Below, one piece after another: positions 55,109-64,000 of a DNA stretch of 64,000 bases (positions are counted from its first letter, which is position 1; the number at the start of each line of letters is the position of its first letter). A model generated the notes under the pieces. That model ran no database searches. It was not told the DNA's origin and saw only the letters and a program-made list of their open reading frames with translations. The DNA comes from Leucoraja erinacea (taxonomy: Eukaryota), in assembly GCF_028641065.1 (NCBI RefSeq), contig NC_073407.1, positions 27,838,001 to 27,902,000 of the forward strand. Direction: 5' to 3'. The translations under genes were made by a program, and so were the position numbers.

Positions 55109-55883
55109 CCCAACAATGAGAAATGACATTGTCTAGGAGACATGGGAATTGTTCAGTGTTTGCAATCATTAGTCAAACTGCAGGTGTAGATTGAATATTC
55201 CTTTGGCTCGGTGGTGTCGCTTGTCCACTGTGCCAAGTGGAACACCTTTATCCTGTTTTATCAGCTGTCGTGTCATGTACCTCCAGACCAGCTGATCATG
55301 GCTCGCACAACCCTTCATATCTGTCACTCCCTCACGGTCAAAAATGCCTTACTTCCACTGTCTCTGGGTCCACAGGTGGCTGATGAGGAACCTACAGACG
55401 CAGAGGCAGTGGGACCGGGGGGGGGGGGGGGGGGGGACAGTAATCTTAGACCCCTGTGTGCAAATTGTAAGTGATTAGACTGCAAGAGATTTGTGCGTGA
55501 GTGGCCATTACCAGTCCTTCATAACTTTTGATGTTGGAGCCACTGGGCAGCAGTCATTGACTGGTCATTATGCTTCTTGGGGACAGGGATAATGGAGATA
55601 TCTTGAAGCCGACAGGGACAATAGACTGAAGGAAGACATTGAAGATGTCAGTGAAGACTGGTCATAAGTCCAGAGTCCATCTGGGCCAGCTGCTTTCTGA
55701 GTGTTTCCCCTTGTTGAGAGCAGATCTAGCGTTTGCCACACGATGCTTGGGACAGAGCCTGCGGGAGGGGGGGGGGAGGGGGGAGGGCACCATTGGGGGA
55801 CCTCTTCCTGTTCATCTTTACGTGGCCTTTATCCGCACCCAGTAGAGATGTATCGGCTTGAGCATCAACTAACCAATGAGTGG

Positions 55884-55994
55884 CCTTTTTAAAGAGCTTT
55901 TGGTTTTGAACACGTACTACCCTTCGAACATTGAAAGAAAACGAGTACAAAAAAACAGGCAAAATACACAAATTTAATCCGAGAGCAGTTAGCC
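55884..55994. repeat. Direct repeat copy A (about 111 bp; copy B at 59464-59574)
   Basis: agagcttttggttttgaacac...aatttaatccgagagcagttagcc; about 5 mismatches between the copies. Confidence 0.92.
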
Positions 55995-56172
55995 TGGTCA
56001 GGGTTGGGAACAAAATGGCAATTGACCTTCTCATCAGAAACGCCATAATTGCCATTCTCATCAATTGTCCTGATTGTCATCACACTGATTACCCACCAGG
56101 TCTGAGTCATTGTCTTTCTGGATAGGGTTATGCATAATCTCTTTCAAGAGGTCCATCTGTTTCAAAATGTTC

Positions 56173-56296
56173 TTCCTGCGTATGGCGTGCACAGCCTAAA
56201 GTTGTCGGACAACTTGTTCTATTTGATTGTGCACGCCGGGTTGATTGCATTCATCGAAACAGGGCGGACCACGTGAAGGTTGCAATCTCCCACCAC
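56173..56296. mobile_element. Short 124-bp insertion with 13-bp target-site duplication
   Basis: tttcaaaatgttc at 56160-56172 and 56297-56309. Confidence 0.75.
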
Positions 56297-56440
56297 TTTC
56301 AAAATGTTCAACTTCTCTTTCTCTAGACCCTTGGTCATACAATGGAGCTCAAAATGCTTCAAGATTGTTGATCAAATGTGGTTTGTATTTCCAAAGTTGT
56401 GACCAAAGGCTTTGCACTTTGTCCTGATCTGTAAAGATGT

Positions 56441-57275
56441 TCTTTCCTCTGTATTGATCAGCTTTACATGATGCTGCAGGTAGCGATCAACCAGAAACAC
56501 CTTGTTACCTTCTGGGTGGGGGCAAGGTCTTTCACGCACCTCTTCATGCTGCTCTTTTATATGTTTCTTAAGTCCGTCATCTCCTTTGTAAACAGCACAG
56601 CAACCCTTATACTGACATCGATACACGGTGGGGAAATCTTCCCTTTCCAAGTTTGACTTTGGTTTCCGGCCACGTTTTTGTCCAGATTGTTTCTTCACAT
56701 CCTTAATGTTGCACTTCTTAACTGGTAACTTACTCTTCTTCTTCCAATATGGTTGAAAAGACTCATCTGAAGAGCCATTCTTAACTTTTATTTCTCTGTC
56801 ATCTTCACTTGATAAATAAATACCTTTCAGAAAGATCACTGGACTCCAATTCATCCACAACATAATTTCCTATAGAACAAGTTGTTTCATTGTAGTTAAC
56901 TTTTTTTTTTCTCTCACATTTAATGGTTGAGTTCCATCTTGTACTTGAACTTTTTCCCAAGAGCAGTCTGTATATTCAGGATCTGAGCAGAAGAACATAT
57001 CCTTCTTCAATGGGGATTCTGAGTTGTCCACATCCACCGACCGCAGTGGCTCCACTGTGTGTACAAGGCTGCAAGTCTGCTAACACTGGGACGGGTTGAT
57101 GCTTCGCAACATTATCACCCTCACCATTTTCAGTCACTGTTCCATTCCGAGGTAAAGGGTTATTGAACCATCCAGAACTTCCTCCATTGAGTCCTTATTT
57201 CTACTGGATGGGCACTGTCCCTCATTCAAAACAACACTGCGACTTGAATGCATGTCCAGGATGTAACTGTGTCCC
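56441..57275 (-). pseudogene. ZNF276: ZNF276 processed pseudogene, N-proximal segment (mid-protein to second C2H2 finger)
   Basis: EREDFPTVYRCQYKGCCAVYKGDDGLKKHIKEQHEEVRERPCPHP.GNKVFLVDRYLQHHVKLINTEER matches recalled ZNF276; no introns; stops and frameshifts present. Confidence 0.82.
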
Positions 57276-57555
57276 TCTGTTATCAGAGTTTTGAACAGAC
57301 CTTCTAATTGCTAGGATTCTGCCTGATTCACCTCTACCCCATTGCAGAAATTGGACTTTGTCTCTGGAACTGGTGTGCTATAATGCTCAGAACTATGTTC
57401 TCCACAATACCCTTTCCTTTACTACCTATTTTAGGTGAGCCTGCTTGATTACATTCTTCATGTTAATCCTTTGTGTCTTGCTGGCACTGAAAAATGGAGC
57501 AAGATTCTTTAGACTTGTCATTTAGCTGTTGAATAACTATTAACTGGGTTCCTGC

Positions 57556-57878
57556 TTAATTAATGTTTCTATACTTAGCTGACGATTCAATTTCAATAGG
57601 TTTGTTTTTATCTGTATTCTGGGTCAAGGGATGAACCATCGACATATGAACATTCAAATTGTGAGCCTTCACGAACCGCTTCTCACATTGGTCACAAGCA
57701 AATTCAAGTTCAGCTTCTGCCTTCTGCTTGGTCATATGGTATTTCAAGGATCTCTTTGCCTGCACTAGAAACCACAAACTTCACACAGCAAAGGTTTTAT
57801 TCCAGTATTGCTCATTTGGTGAACTGACAGTTGTTTCCGCTGTTTGAAAGTCTGTCCACATTCATCACAAATGTAGTT
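57556..57878 (-). pseudogene. ZNF276: ZNF276 processed pseudogene, C-terminal segment (fingers 3-5)
   Basis: NYICDECGQTFKQRK...CEVCGF*CRQR/SLKYHMTK...FACDQCEKRFVKAHNLNVHMSMVHPLTQ; TAG at 57765 and a frameshift. Confidence 0.85.
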
Positions 57879-58473
57879 TATTTTCACAAATCGAATCCTT
57901 CTTTCTCCCAAGTTGTCCCTCAGCGTGTGAAACCAGCATTCTTCTTCCTTCTCCATCAATGCCAACTGGCTGTCTGATCCATCCCAACTCAGCTCCTCAC
58001 TTTGATCTCAGCTGGGATTTATCTCAATCCAGTTCTGTAACTGAGTTGCACTCAAAACTCAAGGCTTTAAAAACTCCACAACCTGATTACTCTCCTTCAG
58101 CTGCTGTGTGATGGAAGTGAGATGGTCATTTTCAGACTGGGCATTGGTGAGCACATTTCTCATCTGTTTCAGCACTGTCTGTAGCTCCGGAATAAGCTGC
58201 CACCTTTTTCTGGCTACTTCAAGAACCTGTGGTAATGGATCCATCTTGGTCAGTGTTATAAACGTAAGGACAGTTGTCAGCCTTATTCAGGACGTCTTGG
58301 TGCAGGGGTGTTTCCCCAAGTCCAGCTCATCTTGGCCAACCTCAGGATAAAAAGTAGGGTCAATAGCCCCATTGTCCTTTCTTGGTTCTCCATTTACAGT
58401 CAATCGTATCAGATGTCTTCAACGGGAGTAAGCTTCAATCTTCAATCGTGGTTGGTGTCGTAGTAGCACCTGG

Positions 58474-59155
58474 TACTATCTAAATGGCGTCAAGTTGGGA
58501 AAAGGAGAAGTACAATGGGATCTGGGGGTCCTTGTACATCAGTCTATGAAAGTAAGCTTGCAGGTACAGCAGGCAGTGAAGAAAGCGAATGGCATGTTGG
58601 CATTTATAACAAGAGGAATCGAATATAGGAGCAAAGAGGTCCTTCTGCAGTTGTACAGAGCCCTAGTGAGACCACATCTGGAGTATTGTGTGCAGTTTTG
58701 GTCCCCTAATTTGAGGAAGGACATTCTTGCTATTGAGGGAGTGCAGCGTAGGTTTACAAGGTTAATTCCCAGGATGGCGGGACTGTCATATGCTGAGAGA
58801 ATGGAGCAGCTGGGCTTGTACACTCTAGAGTTTAGAAGGATGAGAGGGGATCTCATTGAAACATATAAGATTGTTAAGGGCTTGGACACACTAGAGGCAG
58901 GAAACATGTTCCCGATGGTGGGGAGTCCAGAACCAGGGGCCACAGTTTAAGAATAAGGGGTAAGCCATTTAGAACGGAGATGAGGAAACACTTTTTCTCA
59001 CAGAGAGTTGTGAGTCTGTGGAATTCTCTGCCGCAGAGGGCAGTGGAGGCAGGTTCTCTGGATGCTTTCAAGAGAGAGCTAGATAGGGCTCTTAAAAATA
59101 GCGGAGTCAGGGGACATGGGGAGAAGGCAGGAACAGGGTACTGATTGGGGATGAA
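58474..59155 (+). mobile_element. CR1 LINE 3' fragment
   Basis: DLGVLVHQSMKVS..KKANGMLAFITRGIEYRSKEVLLQLYRALVRPHLEYCVQFWSP. Confidence 0.88.
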
Positions 59156-59159
59156 TAGG

Positions 59160-59666
59160 AAAAAAAATTAAAGTTAAGAGAAAACAAAGAATAAACAATT
59201 AATTTTCAAGCTCATTCAATGGCATCCTATTTCATCTGACAAGAGGCATATATATATAAATATAGCCTGGGACTGCATCCCATATCTGTCAAGTATCCCG
59301 ATAGGCTTTGGGAGAAATTAAACAGACAGCAAAATCCTGAACACAGGAAAATCAAGCTGCTAGTATCTTGGTAGCATAGCCGTGAAAAGAACACGGAGCA
59401 CTCTAGTTAGATAAGAAACAGAACACTTGGATGAGTGACAACTTGAAAGAACCTTTTAAAATACCTTTTTGGAGAGCTTTTGGTTTTGAACACATACTAC
59501 CCTTCGAACATTGAAGGAAAACAAGTACAAAAAAACAGGCAAAATACACAAATTTAATCCGAGAGCAGTTAGCCAAAGTCGCGTAGCCCCCCTCGTTTCC
59601 AAACAAAAATCGTGCAAAACATTAGAGATGTCTCTCTATTAATCTTACATTCCCCTCCCTTCTCTG
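59160..59666 (-). mobile_element. Candidate LTR with upstream polypurine tract
   Basis: Minus strand AGAGAAGGGAGGGGAA|TGTAAG (LTR would start at 59649); contains direct repeat copy B; distal end undefined. Confidence 0.45.
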
Positions 59667-61359
59667 ACAAAAGCCGTTCTGTTTAAAAGAATCTTTGTTT
59701 CTATGGGAACCAACTTGCAGAATTACCACGCTAGGAAATTCCCCTGGCAGATTTTGTGAACTAGCACTTGGAGGTTTGCAAAAGTCATCGCCTTTGTTGG
59801 AGTGAGAATTTAAAATGAACAAAGGGAGTAGTTTAATGTAATGGTGGGCGGGTTAATGTTCAAACTGGGAGTGGTCTGAGTTGTGATTGGAAGTCTACGC
59901 CAAATGTAAAAGGCGGATATCAACAAAAACTGTTAAAGGTAAAACCATGGCAATCTTTAATTGATCAGACGGGAGTGGCAATAGATCTACAATGACCACA
60001 AATGTTGTTTAGTGCTTCTCGGGCTCCCACTCTCAGAACAAAGGCGAGTTAGCACAGTTATACATTTTTCTTATCAGTAAAACATTCCTACCAAGTCTGA
60101 ATATGGCATGACTGAAAGATTCTGTAGCCTTTCACAATATAGGAAAGCTGGGTCCAAATCAAGCTTATCCAATAATAAGTTATTACTTATCTCTGGAGTG
60201 TCAGCTATTTTTTTCAATCTTAGCTTCTTTATGGCCTTGAATGAAGCACATGTTATTACTGTAGACTGCCATCTTAATGTCTTTATTGAAAAGACAACCT
60301 GTCCTCCATATTGTGTTCCATATAATTTACAATGTTATTCAGACTTGGCACCGAGCCTTTCTTTTCTACTAGTCCATACTTTTGTAGAACAACTCCATTT
60401 CAGATTTGACTATTAGATCTTTCATTAGTACCCATTAATAAATGCCTTTAACTAGATAGATGAATACAGGAGGGAGAAATGAAAACAATATATTGGTGGC
60501 AGCAGGCACAGCTGGAATGTATTGCTATATCAGTCGTATCGAAGCCTGTACATTCCATTTGATTATGATGTACAATTGGAATGTACGGTAGCAACTACCG
60601 TAGCAACTTTGTGTTGGTGGACATTTCCCCAAGGTATCGGAATAGTTCCCCAATCCTGAAAGGATGTTCTGAATCACTTGAATGAACGTTTTAATTAATC
60701 CCAGACAGGCAATGTGAAAAAATGCACCACTTCATCAAGAGGTGCTAAGTTTGCCAGCTGTACTGTCATACAATTCAATTCAATTCAATTCAACTTTAAT
60801 GTCACAATGGGGACGGAGGGGCCGGAGAAATCTATCGGCGGGACTCCGAGTTCAGCAATGTAATTGTATTATTGTAGAAGCTGTTCCTCATCCTACTAGT
60901 ACGTGACCTGAGGCTCCTGTACCGCCTCCCTGATAGGAGGAGGGCAAACAGTCCATGGTTGGGGTGTGAGGGGTCTTTGATGATCTTCCCAGCCCGTCTC
61001 AGACACCGATGGAGACCAGATGGTTGATGGTTGATATAATGCTGTTTTGCTAAAAAAATACCTAAATTGATGTCAATCCATGAGCAAAAAGATGGCTCGT
61101 TATTTCACTCTGATCGCGATGCACATTACATTTCAGTTCTATGTTTCATAGAGAAACAAAGAACTGCAGGTGTGTGTTCATACACAAAAAGACAAAGTGC
61201 TGGAGTAACTCAGCGGGACAGGCAGCATCTCTGGAGAGAAGGAATGGGTGACGTTATGGTCGAGACCCTTCTTCAGACGGAGAGGGCAGGAGAGAGATAG
61301 ACGGTGATGGAGGTGGTGTTTGTGGTGGACAGAGCCATGCTGTGCCTGTGAGAGGAGCC

Positions 61360-61719
61360 AGTGCCCAGGGCGCGCTCCCGCGGGGGCGGACCCTGGCCCA
61401 GGGCGCGCTCCCGCCGCTGCCGCGCGCATTGTTTGAAGGCGCGGCGGTTGCCGGGCGCTGTGTGACGCCGTCCGGCGCTGTGTGACGTCACAGGGCGCAG
61501 TGTGACGCGACTGCGCATGCCCGTCGCCAGGCAACGCCCACTCAAACGCAAGCAACGCCCAGTGCCGGCGCACCGACCAATGGCGAGGCGCTGTGGATGA
61601 GTGGCAGCGCGGCGGGCCAATAGCGATGTGTCGGCGGTGACGCGGGATGATATAACCGGCACGGCGGGCGTTGGGCGCTCATTGCGCGACCGCTCGCTGC
61701 CCGCTCTACTTGCCTCGCC
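61360..61719 (+). promoter_or_regulatory. Beta-tubulin CpG-island promoter
   Basis: TTTGAA at 61432, CRE TGACGTCA at 61483-61490, X-box GTCGCCAGGCAAC at 61523-61535, CCAAT at 61577 and 61617, TATAA at 61651. Confidence 0.7.
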
Positions 61720-61776
61720 ATGCGGGAGATCGTGCACCTGCAGGCCGGCCAATGCGGCAACCAGATCGGGGCCAAG
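61720..61776 (+). CDS. TUBB4B: Beta-tubulin exon 1 (probably TUBB4B); the rest lies beyond the window
   Basis: gccATG MREIVHLQAGQCGNQIGAK|gtgtgt, the canonical 57-nt first exon. Paralogue assigned from VHLQ and synteny with NDOR1/TPRN. Confidence 0.85.
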
Positions 61777-62644
61777 GTGTGTAGCCCAGGCCGCCTCAGC
61801 CTTAGCAGCACTACAGCACATGGTGGAGGGGGGAGGGAGGAGATAATGGGCGCGACACCCCGCTGTGAGGCGGGCCCGCGCCGGCCCCCAGACCGTTAGG
61901 CGCGGGGCCCCAGCCTGTTCTCGCCGCCGACGCCGCCAGGCATTTGAAAAGGCGGCGAGTGCTTAGGCACGGCCCCAATCCCGGGATGGGCTTGTCTTGG
62001 CGGCGGTCGGGGGGTTAAGGCGGCGTCCCCGCCCCCGTCCCCGTCCCCGCCGGCTGAGGGTCTCCTCTGGGGCCAGCAACAGGCGGCTGACAACTCGCGG
62101 CATTCACTGGGACCGAAGATAAACACAATAAGCTGGAGGAACTCAGCAGGACAGGCAGCATATCGCATATAACATCGTTTCGGGTCGAGACCCTTCAGAC
62201 TGAAAGTCACGGGAAAGGGATACGAGAGATATAGACGATGATGTAGAGAGATAGCGAACAATGAATGAAAGATGCATTAGTGACTGGGACCATTGTCCCA
62301 CTCCTTACAGTGGGGCATCGTTTACACTTCAAATAGTATTTAACTACCGTGGGAAAAACCTACCGGTTATCGTGCTTAGGCACCTCTATCATCAGCAACC
62401 TATCCCGGTCCCATCACGCTAAGTAGTAGGTTGCATTTATAAAGAAGCCCAAGATTTTGAAAGCGTTTAACAGGTGTATGAGCATATCAAACGTTGTCAC
62501 TAAACCTCTGCGAAAGGTAGCCGTCGGACATAATCAGAGCATTGTAGGTCTTGATGTGCACTTGTGTTGACTCGGTGCTATCTCATCACGTTTCCCTGCC
62601 CCAGTCCAGCCAATCCAACCTCAGGCACAGACACATACCCCACA

Positions 62645-63600
62645 TTTCGATGAGGGGATTGAAGCCTTTGTGGTCAAGTTTGCGGATGATATGAAGATAG
62701 GTGGAGGGGCAGGTAATGTAGAGAAAGCAGGGACTCTGCAGAAAGACTTGCGCAGATTGGGAGAGTGGGCAGAGAAGTGGCAGATGGAATATGGCATAGC
62801 AAAATGTGGAGCCATGCATTTTGGCAGGAATAAAGGCGTAGACTATTTTCTAAATGGGGTGAGAATCTAGAAATTGGAGGTGCAAAGGGACTTGGGAGTG
62901 CTGGTGCAGAATTCGCCAAAAGTTAATTTGCAAGTTGAATCGGTAGTAAGGAAGGCAAACACAATGCTAGCATTTAATTATAGAGGGCTAGAATACAAAA
63001 ACAGTGATGTAATGCTGAAGCTCTATGAGGCACTGGCCAGGCTGCATTTTTAATATTGTGAGCAATTTTGAGCACTATACCTGAGGAAAGATGTGCTGGC
63101 TCTGGGGAGGATACAGAGGAGGTTTACAAGAATGATCCCAGGTATGAGTTGGCTAACATATGATGGGCGTTTGTCGGCACTGGTACTGCACTTGTTGGAG
63201 TTTAGAAGGTTGAGGGGGACCTCAATAAAACTAACGAATAGTGAATGGCCTGGATAGAGTGTATGTGGAGAGGATGCTTCCACCAGTGGGAGAATCTAGG
63301 ACTAGAGGCCACAGCCTCAGAATTAAAGGGCGTTCCCTTAGGAAGGAGATGAGGGATTTCTTTAGCCAAAGGATGGCGAATCTGTGGAATTCTATGCCAC
63401 AGAAGGCGGTGGAGTTCAAGTCAATGGATATATTTAAGGCAGAGATAAATAGATTATTGATTAGTACAGGTGTGGGGTTATGGGGAGAAGGCAGGAGAAT
63501 GGGGTTAGGAGGGAGAGATAGATCACCCATGATTGAATGGTGGAGTAGACAATGGGCCGAATGGTGTAATACTGCTCCTATCACTTATGTCCTTATGACA
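62645..63600 (+). mobile_element. CR1 LINE 3' fragment (RT C-terminal part)
   Basis: VKFADDMKIGG...LQKDLRRLGEWAEKWQM and GLDRV..ESRTRGHSLRI. Confidence 0.88.
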
Positions 63601-64000
63601 TTCACGTTCCCAGAACCGCATCACCGTCTCCCCTTCATCTGGTGAATGCACTGGAGGTTTTTGTATGAAATCTAGAATGATGCCCACCCCGTTGGGGTTT
63701 AAGGAGCACCACGATGAAAAAAAGTACGTACGTCGGCCAGTAAAATGCATAAGATCATAAGTGATAGGAGTAGAATTAGGCCATTCCACCTGATAAGCAG
63801 GAGAATTTTGGATGAGTGCATAATTTTGTCGTGAGGAACAAAGGAAAGTGATCGCAAGTTTTGGGATTATAAACATGGATGAGGGATTCAGTAATAAAAA
63901 AGCATTTTCTTCCATTGAATATTTGTGAAGGTTATAATTTTTAATTTCTGAATGCCATTTTGTACAAATATTCCATGAGTGCAATTAGCCAAGTCATGAG

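Noticed and set aside
56372-57965. Functional zinc-finger gene
   Set aside because: Stops, frameshifts, lost Cys/His ligands, no introns and permuted order indicate a pseudogene
59895-59908. TACA-TT-TGGCGTAG on the minus strand, resembling an LTR end plus tRNA-Ser PBS
   Set aside because: Only 8 nt match the PBS and the position is inconsistent with the PPT-defined LTR

Overview
This is vertebrate genomic DNA with spliced genes. The repeat landscape (CR1 LINE 3' ends, Penelope-like elements, SINEs) suggests a cartilaginous fish such as a skate or ray; that is an inference. Five host genes were reconstructed by hand: the large first coding exon of TPRN (-), TMEM203 (-), a complete 14-coding-exon NDOR1 (+, 597 aa, head-to-head with TMEM203), an 11-coding-exon ALAD (+, 330 aa once a +2 poly-G frameshift is corrected) and exon 1 of a beta-tubulin, probably TUBB4B (+). 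Between ALAD and the tubulin lies an intronless, disabled ZNF276 retrocopy whose two halves are circularly permuted. It appears to be inserted into another decayed reading frame next to an LTR-like element. Other notable items are many Penelope-derived minimal hammerhead ribozyme motifs (one intact and sense within TPRN intron 1), tandemly duplicated splice donors after NDOR1 exons 12 and 13, a perfect 37-bp inverted repeat, and several satellites. Gene identities rest on recalled protein sequences; no database search was run.
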